Below, piece by piece: positions 18,178-28,367 of a stretch of 64,000 nucleotides of DNA; the first letter of the stretch is position 1; every line of letters begins with the position of its first letter. The notes under the pieces are model-generated. The model made no database searches and was not told the origin of the DNA. It saw only the letters and a program-made list of their open reading frames with translations. The translations under genes were made by a program, and so were the position numbers. Source of the stretch: Flavobacteriaceae bacterium (lineage in GTDB: Bacteria; Bacteroidota; Bacteroidia; Flavobacteriales; Flavobacteriaceae); NCBI GenBank assembly GCA_965662045.1, contig CBFIGE010000008.1, positions 33,291-97,290 on the forward strand. The letters run 5' to 3'.

Positions 18178-18733
18178 TACAACTCATTTAGATTAAATAC
18201 TTGTTAGAAAAAGAACTCCCCAAAAAAATGTGTCAAAGCACTATGGGAATTATTCAAGTATTGAATCCCCTTTTTAACTCTTAACATACACAATTCGAAC
18301 ACAAATAGGGCTTGATATAATTCTTGAGATTGTTTATCTTGACCCTAAACTAAAATCAAAGGAATATTTTAATCAAAGGAAGCTTTCAAACCACTTACGA
18401 AGCAGTTCACAAGGAATGGCTAAATGGTTCAGAAACAAGGGCTGAATGTTGCGATGAATCTCGATCAATCATTAGTAAAGTTGATGATTATAACTACGTA
18501 GCTCTTTTATTTGAAGTAGATTTTGAAAAAATGTTGACCCTAATGGCCACTCCTGAAAGAGCAGAAATAATGCGAGAAAACGGAATGAAAAATGAAATGT
18601 ACCAATTTTCAGCATTAGGATAGTACATTATCAGAATACCCTATCATTTTAGCTTTTTATCTAAAATGACTCCAGTTTTTGGGTAAACATTAGTTTGATT
18701 TATATTTTATAGAGTCAAAGAAGTTTTTATCGC

Positions 18734-19162
18734 ATGTTGCTTTTTGATTATCTAGCCAATTTCAATTACACAGAACTTATTTCAGAGTTTATTGTGTACC
18801 TCATAATAGTTTTAGTCATAAGGCTTCTTCTTTTTGCTGCTGATCTTTACTTTTTAAAGAAAAAAAAACAGTCTCCAAATCTCTTTCTTGAAAATGACGA
18901 TCTACGACTTAAACTCTATGAAAATCAAAAAATAAAAGAAAAATATCTTGATGACCCAGAACTTTTGACTCTTTTAAAGCATCTAGAAACAAATAATGCT
19001 ATTGCGCTTCATGAATATGTAAATACCTGGTCAAAAGTCAGAATTTCTTTTTTACAGTCTCTTGTAGGCGCTATTCCGGTTTACGTTATAATTCGACTGC
19101 AATGGGACCAATTCATTATTAACTATCTCAAACAAGTCATTCAAGTATTATCCGCTGTATAA
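18734..19162 (+). CDS. hypothetical membrane protein
   Basis: 142 aa. N-terminal TM FIVYLIIVLVIRLLLFAADLYF and a C-terminal hydrophobic segment. No recognisable family. Confidence 0.5.
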   Translation: MLLFDYLANFNYTELISEFIVYLIIVLVIRLLLFAADLYFLKKKKQSPNLFLENDDLRLKLYENQKIKEKYLDDPELLTLLKHLETNNAIALHEYVNTWSKVRISFLQSLVGAIPVYVIIRLQWDQFIINYLKQVIQVLSAV

Positions 19163-19168
19163 AACGAT

Positions 19169-19489
19169 TTATTCTGGCTGATCTAAATCAAAAACAGAGA
19201 TTAAATTCAATTGTTTAGGAGAAAAATCTGAATTAGTTTCCATGATGTCGCTCATAAATTCCCACCATTTTTGCACGATAACATTATCTCTCAAAGTCTG
19301 AGAGTCTAATTTTTTACATGTTTGAAAAGCATATAAACAGTTTGTTTCTTCATCATAGTAAATGCTATATTTTTCAACACCTGAAGACTTTAAAAGCGTT
19401 TTTAATTCTGGCCAAATTTCTTGATGTCTTTTTTTATAGGTTTCTAAAGTTCCTTCTTTCAAATACATCTTAAAAGCTAGTTTTTTCAT
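19169..19489 (-). CDS. rhaM: L-rhamnose mutarotase
   Basis: 106 aa. AFKMYLKEG..E.YKKRH.EIWPEL...LK..G...YSIYYD and QKWWEFMSDIMETN parallel the E. coli RhaM/YiiL pattern. Confidence 0.85.
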   Translation of the reverse strand: MKKLAFKMYLKEGTLETYKKRHQEIWPELKTLLKSSGVEKYSIYYDEETNCLYAFQTCKKLDSQTLRDNVIVQKWWEFMSDIMETNSDFSPKQLNLISVFDLDQPE

Positions 19490-19590
19490 AATTACCGCGT
19501 TTTGATATTCTTAGATTTACAACAAGATGAAAGTTCTTTTATAGAAATAAAAATATTTTTCTTGTAGTAATCATTTAATTTTGTTTTTAA

Positions 19591-21135
19591 ATGTTAAGAA
19601 TGAAAAATAGAGTTTATAGTTTAATAATTATTGTTTTGTTCATATTAGTTGAATCCTGTGCCACTAAAGATGATGGTCCTGATTTAGACGTATCACCCCC
19701 TTCAATACCATCAAATCTTACTGTTAATGAGGTGACTACAAATACAATTGAACTTAGTTGGAGTGCTTCCTCTGACGATATTGCTGTAACGGGATATTCC
19801 ATTTATATCAACGATCAAATTATAAATAACACAGATCAAACCAATTTCATTCTTACTGATTTAACGCCTCAAACCTCTTACAATATTGGTGTAAGCGCAT
19901 TTGATGCAGCGGAAAACAGCAGTGAAATCAATTACATTCAAACCTTAACAGAGGCGCCAAAGGAGTTAGCAGGTACCGCAGAATTTTTTAGATCTGACAC
20001 TGGATTAGAAGGCTATATATTGGTTGATGATGCGGGAAATGACCGTGTATTCCTCATGAACAGCTCTGCAGAAATTGTCTACGAATGGGATATTCCTTCA
20101 GGTATAGGAAATGATGTTGAACTTTTAGAGGATGGAAGGCTCTTGGGCATCATGAAAGATGAAAATGCCAATCAAGACATCAGTTTTGGAGGGTATGGTG
20201 GAAAGTTACAGCTTGTTCGACCTGATAGCTCCGTGGAGTGGAATTTTGATATCTCAACTAATGATCTAATCTGTCATCACGACGTAGAATTACTACCCAA
20301 TGGTAATATAATAACCCTTGTTTGGGAGCAAATGTCTATCGAGGAGGCTACGGAGGCTGGATCTAATTTAAACTTAGCCATCGTTCCAGAAGCAGTGGTT
20401 GAGATTAATCCATCAACCAATGAAATCGTATGGGAATGGCATGCTAAGGATCATTTAATACAAGACTTTGACCAGACAAAAAGCAATTATGGAGTAATCG
20501 CTGATCATCCACGTAAAATCAATGTGAATTATGTCGGAGATAAAATGGAAGACATTATGCATGCCAATGGCCTTGAATACGACGCTGAAAAAGACCTCAT
20601 CTACATCAGTGTTAATTTTTACAGCGAGGTATGGGTTATCGATCACAGCACTACAACTGAAGAAGCTGCAACAGAAAGCGGAGGAAATAAAGGCTTTGGA
20701 GGAGATTTAGTATATCGATTTGGAAACCCAGAAGCCTACGGCAACATCGGAACTAGACTTTTTTACAACAACCATCACCCCCTATTATTCAATAGTTCAG
20801 AAGGAAAGACCCTTAGTCTTTTCATGAACGGTAATAATATTGATCAGTCAACTGCCTATGAATTTGACTTTGATCAATCTTATTCTCTTGAAGCCAACAC
20901 CGATAACGAACCTGCTGTCAGATGGAGTTTTACACATCCAGATTTGTATGCAGCCAAAGTATCCGGAATGGTCCGTTTGCCAAATAACAACAGACTTATT
21001 ACCGAGGGAGACTATGGGATTTGGGAAGTGTCACCTGATGGAAACATTATCTGGAAATTTTCAGGAGATGGTTTTTATTGGAGATCCTACTACTACGATA
21101 AAAATCATCCAGGAATAATTGCCTTAGGCCTTTAG
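19591..21135 (+). CDS. lipoprotein with an N-terminal fibronectin-III domain and an arylsulfotransferase (ASST)-like beta-propeller
   Basis: 514 aa. Lipobox LVESC. FN3-like PSNLTVNEVTTNTIELSWSASSDDIAVTGYSIY. ASST-like HHDVELLPNGN, HANGLEYDAEKDLIYISVNFYSEVWVIDHST and GDLVYRFGNP. Confidence 0.6.
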   Translation: MLRMKNRVYSLIIIVLFILVESCATKDDGPDLDVSPPSIPSNLTVNEVTTNTIELSWSASSDDIAVTGYSIYINDQIINNTDQTNFILTDLTPQTSYNIGVSAFDAAENSSEINYIQTLTEAPKELAGTAEFFRSDTGLEGYILVDDAGNDRVFLMNSSAEIVYEWDIPSGIGNDVELLEDGRLLGIMKDENANQDISFGGYGGKLQLVRPDSSVEWNFDISTNDLICHHDVELLPNGNIITLVWEQMSIEEATEAGSNLNLAIVPEAVVEINPSTNEIVWEWHAKDHLIQDFDQTKSNYGVIADHPRKINVNYVGDKMEDIMHANGLEYDAEKDLIYISVNFYSEVWVIDHSTTTEEAATESGGNKGFGGDLVYRFGNPEAYGNIGTRLFYNNHHPLLFNSSEGKTLSLFMNGNNIDQSTAYEFDFDQSYSLEANTDNEPAVRWSFTHPDLYAAKVSGMVRLPNNNRLITEGDYGIWEVSPDGNIIWKFSGDGFYWRSYYYDKNHPGIIALGL

Positions 21136-21726
21136 TAGATTGAGTTCCTTTAGCATTAGATTAAAATTCGATTCTAGTGTATTTAAATCTTTATCGTTTT
21201 CAAGCACATAATCAGATTTGATTCTAGCTATCTCGGGGTCAATCTGAGTCTCAATTCTTTCTAAAATTTTCTGACGATCAAGTCCGTTTCTTTTCTGCAC
21301 TCTTGAAATACGCGTTTGTTCTTGAGCTGTAACCAGAATGATATAATCAAATTCATCTAAAGCCTCATTCTCGAAAATTAATGCAGATTCTTTGATTACA
21401 ATTTCTGACGACTGCTGTAGACACCAAGATTGAAAATCTCCATAAATAAAAGGATGTACAAAGGAATTTAACCGCGATAAATAAAAAGAATCCTTAAAAA
21501 CGATTGAAGAGAGGAACGGTCGATTTAACTCATACTTTTCGGCTGTTTCAGTGAAGATTTTCTCTCCAAAGTAAAATTTCAATTTTTGGATTATAGTTTC
21601 ATTTGTCTCCATAAGAATTGATGCGCGCTGATCAGAGTAATAAACCGGAAAGCCATGCTTTTCAAATAAGGCTGCAACGGTTGATTTTCCGCTGCCAATA
21701 CCTCCTGTTAGACCTATTTTCATCAT
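21124..21726 (-). CDS. coaE: dephospho-CoA kinase
   Basis: 200 aa. P-loop IGLTGGIGSGKST at the N-terminus. Confidence 0.92.
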   Translation of the reverse strand: MMKIGLTGGIGSGKSTVAALFEKHGFPVYYSDQRASILMETNETIIQKLKFYFGEKIFTETAEKYELNRPFLSSIVFKDSFYLSRLNSFVHPFIYGDFQSWCLQQSSEIVIKESALIFENEALDEFDYIILVTAQEQTRISRVQKRNGLDRQKILERIETQIDPEIARIKSDYVLENDKDLNTLESNFNLMLKELNLLKA

Positions 21727-22688
21727 CTTATACGTTCAAAAATTCTCAACGAATCTGGTTCAAATTGAACATCCAAAATTTCCGCCTTTAAATTATCGGC
21801 AGAAATTGTATAATAACTCTTCTCATTTTTTAAACTCAATCGAGGAAGTATCCACTTTGTCAATTCTTTACTGCTCAAATCTTGAAGTACCTTTTTATAT
21901 CCTTTAACCTTGACTCTTACCATCTCTGGTAAAAATAATTGATTTCTCAAGGAGTCATTATTTTCAAACAATTTCTTTAAACCTACTTCAAAAGCTTTTT
22001 CCGTGAACTCTTCAACAGTCACAGAAACACTTACCTCTTGAGGAGAAAATGAAACGAGTTCATTCTCTGGAAAATTACTGAAAGAAAGAGTGTGTTGTGA
22101 TTTTGTGGAAATTTCACCCAAGTTCAACTCTTCTGTATATATTCGATCAACATTTTTAATTACTTGAGATTCTCCAAAAAGTTCAACTGTTTCTGGCTGG
22201 ACATCAATTTTTTCAAGCACAAAATTTCTCTTTAATTTGAAATTGATATTTGGTAGGATCTTAACCCGTTTAGACACTGAACGAATTACATTTAAAAAGA
22301 TAGAATCTTGATTTGACCAGTTTAGAAATTTAACGTTTGAAGGCAGTTTGTCAATTTGGATTTGATCGAAATGATTTGGACTTAAGTAAAGTAATCCAGC
22401 TTCTGTAATCGTATATTGCGATACAGATTCTATGCTGTATGTCCCTAAATTATTAGCTACAAATCCAAAACCTGAAGATTTTAACTCTGCATTCAAAAAG
22501 TAAACTGAGTCCTGAAGAAGAAAACCAGCAGGCATTTTTTCAATTCTTATCGGGACTTTAACAAAGGTAGAATAAGTGGCATTCAACTCATTTACAATCC
22601 AAATAGAAACAGAAATGAAAAGAAAAATTCCTAATCTGGAGAATTTACCAGAAACAAAAAACCTTTTTAACCAATTAAGTTTTTGCAT
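21723..22688 (-). CDS. YbbR-like domain protein (membrane-anchored), tentative
   Basis: 321 aa. N-terminal TM followed by repeated beta-rich modules. The position upstream of coaE is typical of Flavobacteriia. The call rests on architecture and synteny only. Confidence 0.45.
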   Translation of the reverse strand: MQKLNWLKRFFVSGKFSRLGIFLFISVSIWIVNELNATYSTFVKVPIRIEKMPAGFLLQDSVYFLNAELKSSGFGFVANNLGTYSIESVSQYTITEAGLLYLSPNHFDQIQIDKLPSNVKFLNWSNQDSIFLNVIRSVSKRVKILPNINFKLKRNFVLEKIDVQPETVELFGESQVIKNVDRIYTEELNLGEISTKSQHTLSFSNFPENELVSFSPQEVSVSVTVEEFTEKAFEVGLKKLFENNDSLRNQLFLPEMVRVKVKGYKKVLQDLSSKELTKWILPRLSLKNEKSYYTISADNLKAEILDVQFEPDSLRIFERIR

Positions 22689-23739
22689 ATTCGCCGAAAA
22701 AAAATTCCGGAAGAATCTCTTCAGGACTCTTCCGTGAGAGTTTTAAATAAATACTAGATCTTGTATAGCCATATCCATAGCCGTAAAATTGAATCCACAT
22801 AGCCAAAATAGACATAAACGTTAATTTAAGACTTTTTAGTTCAACAAATGCCTTTATGAAAACAGTAAGATGATATAAACCCATTATGCCCAATAAAAAA
22901 ACATAAAACGTGTTGATTTCAGCAATTACTAATCCCTCATTAAGGTTTAAAATTGTCATTCCTAGGCACCCTAAAACGACAAGAATAAAAAGAGAGGGAA
23001 AAAGGTGTGTAATCCTAAAGGATTTTTTATGCCAATGAGACAAAATAGGTCGCACACTTCCAAACTTATAAACTTGAGTGTAGAAAGATTTAAGGTTTAT
23101 TCTTCTTTTGTGAAAGACCAAAGCCTTTGGAAAATATCGCGATTGAAATCCCATTTTGTGCAAACGAATACTCAAATCAGGGTCCTCACCAGGGTGGATG
23201 TTTGAAAAACCCTTTGAAGCTTCGAAAGCCTTTTTTGAAAGCCCCATATTAAAACTTCTTGGTTCGAACTTGGTAAGAGCTCTTTGGCTGCCTCTAATCC
23301 CACCTGTTGTAACCCATGAAGTCATGGAAAAACTAATAGCCTTCTGCAAATCTGAAAAATTGGAATCTGCACCATCGGGACCTCCAAAAAAATCTACGGG
23401 CTTATGTTTTAACTCATTAAAAACCTCAGTTAAATAAGAAGATGGTAATACACAATCAGAATCAACTAAAAGAAAATAATTTCCAGTAGCCCTTCTCATT
23501 CCATAATTTCTAGAATCTCCAGGACCTGAATTTGATTTGAAGAAATACACAATATTCAAACTGTCTTTGAACTGCTCACAAACATGCTCGCAATTATTCA
23601 AAGAACCATCCTCAACAATAACAACTTCAAAGTCATTATTGTAATCTTGATTTTTTAAAGAACTTAAAAGTTCCTCAACCTCATGAGGCCTATTATATAC
23701 AGGAACTACAAGGGATAATTTAATTTCTTCAGGTATCAA
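22675..23739 (-). CDS. family 2 glycosyltransferase with C-terminal TM helices
   Basis: 354 aa. Motifs SLVVPVYNR, VIVEDGS and LLVDSDC (DxD). Confidence 0.85.
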   Translation of the reverse strand: MIPEEIKLSLVVPVYNRPHEVEELLSSLKNQDYNNDFEVVIVEDGSLNNCEHVCEQFKDSLNIVYFFKSNSGPGDSRNYGMRRATGNYFLLVDSDCVLPSSYLTEVFNELKHKPVDFFGGPDGADSNFSDLQKAISFSMTSWVTTGGIRGSQRALTKFEPRSFNMGLSKKAFEASKGFSNIHPGEDPDLSIRLHKMGFQSRYFPKALVFHKRRINLKSFYTQVYKFGSVRPILSHWHKKSFRITHLFPSLFILVVLGCLGMTILNLNEGLVIAEINTFYVFLLGIMGLYHLTVFIKAFVELKSLKLTFMSILAMWIQFYGYGYGYTRSSIYLKLSRKSPEEILPEFFFGEYAKT

Positions 23740-23748
23740 AGGTTTTTC

Positions 23749-24558
23749 CTATTCTTGAAAAACATCTACTATTTCTTGGCTAACACCAGTATTTGAAAAC
23801 CCTCCATCATGGAAAAGATTTTGCATTGTCACTTTACGCGTCAAATCAGAAAAAAGTGTAAGGGTATAGTTCGCACAATCTAATGCTGATGCGTTACCTA
23901 AAGGCGACATTTTTTCAGCGAATGAAATAAACCCATCAAATCCTTTAACTCCCTTTCCTGCAGTTGTTGGCGTTGGTGATTGTGATATAGTATTTACGCG
24001 AACATTTTTTTCCTTACCAAAGAAATATCCAAAACTCCTCGCTATTGATTCAAGGTAGGCTTTGTTGTCCGCCATATCATTATAATCTGGAAAGGTACGT
24101 TGAGCCGCCATATAAGTTAATGCCACAATACTACCCCATTCATTCATTGCATCTTTTTTGAAGAGTGTTTGCATTACCTTGTGAAATGATAAGGCCGAAA
24201 CGTCCCAACCTTTTGCTGTAAAGTCATAATTCTCATCCGTATAAGCTCTTCCTTTACGCACATTAACTGACATTCCTATTGAGTGTAATACGAAGTCAAG
24301 TTTTCCTCCAAGAATTTCCATCGATTGATCAACCAAGTTGGTAAGATCTTCAATAGATGTAGCATCCGCTGGAATAATTTCAGAATTCGTTTTTTCTGCC
24401 AATTCTTTAATTTGTCCCATTCTCATTGCTATTGGAGCATTGGTTAAAACAAATTGTGCACCCTCTTCATGCGCTCTTTCAGCAGTTTTCCAAGCAATCG
24501 AATTTTCATCTAGAGCTCCAAAAATAATTCCCTTTTTTCCTTTAAGTAAATTAGTCAT
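23749..24558 (-). CDS. fabI: enoyl-ACP reductase FabI
   Basis: 269 aa. LKGKKGIIFGA....SIAW, Y..AK-type region (YMAAQR...NKAYLES) and SQSPTPTTAG. Confidence 0.88.
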   Translation of the reverse strand: MTNLLKGKKGIIFGALDENSIAWKTAERAHEEGAQFVLTNAPIAMRMGQIKELAEKTNSEIIPADATSIEDLTNLVDQSMEILGGKLDFVLHSIGMSVNVRKGRAYTDENYDFTAKGWDVSALSFHKVMQTLFKKDAMNEWGSIVALTYMAAQRTFPDYNDMADNKAYLESIARSFGYFFGKEKNVRVNTISQSPTPTTAGKGVKGFDGFISFAEKMSPLGNASALDCANYTLTLFSDLTRKVTMQNLFHDGGFSNTGVSQEIVDVFQE

Positions 24559-24605
24559 GTTTATATTGTTTTAAGGCGTTCAAAGATAAGCAGAAAATAA
24601 GCTTC

Positions 24606-26258
24606 TCAATAACCTAATAATGTTTTGGCGTGGTCAATGGCAGTGCTATTTGGCTTTTCTCCAGCAATCATATTAGCTACTTCTTCTACGCGTTCCTCGT
24701 TACTCAAATAAAAGACTTTTGTCAAAGTTTTATCAGTAGAGGTTTGTTTATCGATTTTGATGTGATAATCTCCTTTTGAAGCTAATTGAGGCAAATGCGT
24801 AACCGCCAATACTTGAGTGCGTTCTGCCATCATTGACATCATGTTAGCCATTTTATCAGCAATATTTCCTGAAACTCCGGTATCAATTTCATCAAAAATT
24901 ACTGTAGGCAGAGCAAGATATTGACTAGACTCAAACTTTACAGCTAACATTATTCTAGATAATTCACCTCCTGAAGCAACCTTTTTTAATGTGGTTACAG
25001 GCATTCCCTTATTTGCCGTAAACTTAAAATCAATAGAACTTAACCCATTAAACTGAAAATGTTCAAGGAGCCTTAGTTCAATTACAAAATCCGAATGCGG
25101 CATTCCTAAAGCACTCAAATGTGTTGTAATTGCATTTTGCAAAGAAGTTGAAGCTTTTAACCTGTTTTCATGAATCTCTTTTCCTTGGTTTTGAATCACA
25201 GTTCTCAATTTCTCTAAACGCTCATTCAATTTTACTATATTTTGATCATACGATTGCTGAGATGAAGAAAACGCAAGAAGCTCATCTCGTTTTTGGATGA
25301 GCTCTTCTAAGGAATTACACTGATGTTTTCTAAACAATGCTTCATAACTACCTAACAACTCATTCACAATTTGTAATCTTCTAGGGTCAGCAATGATACG
25401 GTCTGCTTCTTGATTTAATGACTCTTGAAAGTCTAATGTCTCTAGTCTTATACTGTGTAATCGCTCATATAAGTTTCCAAGTGCTGTCGATGTGCTAGAC
25501 ATTTTTTGCATTGTCTTAAGAGATTCATCTAACAAAAGTTCAATACCATGACGCTCTTCTCCAAATAACTGATTGATATGCTGTATTTGTGTTAAAAGAA
25601 ACTCCGCAGAGGAAAGTATTTTTTGTTCTTCTTCTATATCCTCAAGAACTATTCCATCTAACTGAACAGTTTGAAGTTCTTGAAGCAAAAAAGCGTTTAG
25701 CTCAATATTTTTTTGTGCATCTGAGTATTGATAATCGAGTTGCCTCTTTTCGTTTTCACACTGCTTGTAGGTATTATAATTTGATTGATAACGATCTATC
25801 AATTCTCGGTGATTTGAAATAGAATCTAATAAATTCAGTTGTTCCTTTTCATGCAATAAATAAAAGGTGTCATGTTGTGCATGTATATCAATAAGCATTT
25901 TGGCAAGTTCTGAAAGCACCTCTAGGCGAACAGGACAGTCGTTTACAAATGCTCTACTTCTACCATTAGGATTCAGCTCTCTTCGAATCAGGGTATGCTC
26001 AAAATAATCGATATCATTAGCATCAAACCAAGATTTATGAGTAGAATTAAGTTGCACATTAATTTCAATGACACATTTTTTGGATTCATCAGTTAAAACA
26101 GATAAATCGGCACGTTTTCCAAATCCAAGGGCAATTGCTTCTAGCACAATGGACTTCCCTGCTCCTGTTTCACCAGTGATTACAGACAAACCACCTTGAA
26201 AATTCAAGGACATTTCTTCAATAAGTGCAAAATTTTGAATTTGAATAGTCGAAATCAC
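24606..26258 (-). CDS. recN: DNA repair protein RecN
   Basis: 550 aa. Walker A GETGAGKS, long coiled coil, signature SGGELSR and Walker B VIFDEIDTG. Confidence 0.95.
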   Translation of the reverse strand: MISTIQIQNFALIEEMSLNFQGGLSVITGETGAGKSIVLEAIALGFGKRADLSVLTDESKKCVIEINVQLNSTHKSWFDANDIDYFEHTLIRRELNPNGRSRAFVNDCPVRLEVLSELAKMLIDIHAQHDTFYLLHEKEQLNLLDSISNHRELIDRYQSNYNTYKQCENEKRQLDYQYSDAQKNIELNAFLLQELQTVQLDGIVLEDIEEEQKILSSAEFLLTQIQHINQLFGEERHGIELLLDESLKTMQKMSSTSTALGNLYERLHSIRLETLDFQESLNQEADRIIADPRRLQIVNELLGSYEALFRKHQCNSLEELIQKRDELLAFSSSQQSYDQNIVKLNERLEKLRTVIQNQGKEIHENRLKASTSLQNAITTHLSALGMPHSDFVIELRLLEHFQFNGLSSIDFKFTANKGMPVTTLKKVASGGELSRIMLAVKFESSQYLALPTVIFDEIDTGVSGNIADKMANMMSMMAERTQVLAVTHLPQLASKGDYHIKIDKQTSTDKTLTKVFYLSNEERVEEVANMIAGEKPNSTAIDHAKTLLGY

Positions 26259-26264
26259 GATAGA

Positions 26265-27155
26265 TTAATTAGAGGTAGTCCATTTATTCGTGTAATAAGG
26301 TGCGACCTTGTTCAGTATTTTTGTAAGCCGTTCCAATTTTTGTTCTTCTTCGGCATCTTTGAATAAAAGAGCACTAATTTCATCTGACTTCGCATCAAAT
26401 AGCATTCTCAATAATACTGCATTTCCTCTCTGCCTCGATAAATTTTCAATTGATAGCAGTGATTCATAGATATTATTTTGACCCTGCTCGTAATCAGCCT
26501 CTAATAAATCCATTCCATTAATGTGGTAATTGTAATACAATCTTCGAAAATTATCAAAAGCATTATTTAATATGTCATTCGCATAATCGGTTCTATTCTT
26601 AGGCCATGAAAAAGCATTATTAGCTGCCATTTGTACCGAAATTTGATTTGCAGATTCAAAGTAAGCTGATCCTCCATTTAAAGCAAAACTATCTGCGTGA
26701 AATCCCAAAGCTAAAAATGTGTAATAACTGACCACACTGACCAAATTTGAATTTGGTGCATTTAGATTAAGCGCAAGAGGTGTACCCATTTCATATCTGA
26801 AATTAACTGAAGGGTCATTTATCAATAAAAGAGGTGTCTGGTAGGATGTATTATAAACCGGTCGATTATAGCTAATTTGAAGGGTACATTGATAAACATC
26901 ATTTTCATATTCATTCACAATGAAATAGTATCTAATGTTTAACCGAGATTGATCTGGATATACTTCGGAAGACCAGTTTGTTGAATTTAAAAAAGACTTT
27001 AGACTTGATTGTAAGTTTTGAAACTGCTGAATATTTGTTTGATTGATTTGGTCGGTATTAAAAAACACTTCGGCATTGATTTGTTGGGCAAAAGAAAATT
27101 GCACCTGCATGAACAAGAACAACATACCCAGAAGACCTAGTATTTTAATTTTCAT
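26265..27155 (-). CDS. DUF4835 family protein (PorD-like), signal-peptide bearing
   Basis: 296 aa. Signal peptide present. Called mainly from the conserved Flavobacteriia position between coaBC and recN. Confidence 0.55.
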   Translation of the reverse strand: MKIKILGLLGMLFLFMQVQFSFAQQINAEVFFNTDQINQTNIQQFQNLQSSLKSFLNSTNWSSEVYPDQSRLNIRYYFIVNEYENDVYQCTLQISYNRPVYNTSYQTPLLLINDPSVNFRYEMGTPLALNLNAPNSNLVSVVSYYTFLALGFHADSFALNGGSAYFESANQISVQMAANNAFSWPKNRTDYANDILNNAFDNFRRLYYNYHINGMDLLEADYEQGQNNIYESLLSIENLSRQRGNAVLLRMLFDAKSDEISALLFKDAEEEQKLERLTKILNKVAPYYTNKWTTSN

Positions 27156-28353
27156 TATTTATTTTCAAAATTTCTACCCAAATATCTTTAGCTACCTCTC
27201 TTTTTTCCTTCAGAGGAATCGATTTTTGAACATTATCAACAGTTATAAAATCAACCTTGTTGGTGGTATTCCCAAAACCAGCCCCTTCCACTTTCAGTGA
27301 ATTTAATACAATAGCATCTAAATTTTTTGTTCTTAATTTTTTAGACGCATTTTCTAATTCATTTTCAGTTTCGAGCGCAAATCCAATTAAAAGCTGGTGT
27401 TTCTTAATTTGCCCAAGCTCAAAAAGGATGTCTTTGGTCTTTACCAGTTCTAAATTAAGAGAATCTCCTGACTTTTTTATTTTTTCGTTTTCTATCGCCC
27501 TAGGTTGATAATCTCCAACGGCTGCAGCCGATATTACAATTGTAGATTCATCAAAGTTTTTAATCATCTCATCTCTCATTTCATCAACGGTTTCAACATT
27601 TGTGATATGTACGTTTGGATTGTTCAAATTTAAATGTACTGGACCACTGATTAGTTTAACCTCTGCTCCTAAAATTGCAGCCTGTTCTGCCAACATGTAT
27701 CCCATTGTCCCAGTGGATGGATTACTGATAAATCTTACTGGATCTAAATACGCTCTGGTAGGACCTGCTGATATCAAGACCCTGTGACCTTTAAGAGGCT
27801 TATTAGAATCACATATCTCTATCATTTCCCCTAATATCTCTTCGGGTTCAGCCATTCTTCCTTTTCCATGTAAACCACTAGCAAGAAATCCTTCACGAGA
27901 ATCTATGAGGTGTATACCTTGTTTTCTCAAGACATTAAAATTTTCTTGAGTAGTTTGATGTTTGTACATCTCTAAGTCCATTGCTGGTGCGACAAAAGTG
28001 TCACCTCTAAAAGATAAAAAACAGGCAGTTACAATATTGTCGCAAAGACCCTGAGCCATTTTTGTCAAAGTATTTGCAGTGGCAGGAGCAACAAGAAGGA
28101 TATCTGCCCAGTCAGATAAATGAACATGATTGTTCCACTTAAAGCTACCTTTATTCTCTTCAATAAGTTCAGTGTAAACTTCGTGACCCGACAAGGCTGC
28201 TAATGTCAGTGGAGTTACGAAGTCTTTAGCCGCTGGAGTCATTACAACTTTAACCTCAGCGCCTTCTTTTTGGAGTAAACGCACTATAAGTGCAGACTTG
28301 TATGCAGCGATGCCTCCTGTAACAGCTAATAGAATTTTTGAACCAGAAAGCAT
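27145..28353 (-). CDS. coaBC: bifunctional phosphopantothenoylcysteine decarboxylase / phosphopantothenate-cysteine ligase
   Basis: 402 aa. ILLAVTGGIAAYK, PAMDLEMY (for PAMN.xM) and ISAGPTRAYLDPVRFISNPSTG. Confidence 0.93.
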   Translation of the reverse strand: MLSGSKILLAVTGGIAAYKSALIVRLLQKEGAEVKVVMTPAAKDFVTPLTLAALSGHEVYTELIEENKGSFKWNNHVHLSDWADILLVAPATANTLTKMAQGLCDNIVTACFLSFRGDTFVAPAMDLEMYKHQTTQENFNVLRKQGIHLIDSREGFLASGLHGKGRMAEPEEILGEMIEICDSNKPLKGHRVLISAGPTRAYLDPVRFISNPSTGTMGYMLAEQAAILGAEVKLISGPVHLNLNNPNVHITNVETVDEMRDEMIKNFDESTIVISAAAVGDYQPRAIENEKIKKSGDSLNLELVKTKDILFELGQIKKHQLLIGFALETENELENASKKLRTKNLDAIVLNSLKVEGAGFGNTTNKVDFITVDNVQKSIPLKEKREVAKDIWVEILKINNEN

Positions 28354-28367
28354 GTTACGTTAGAGAG

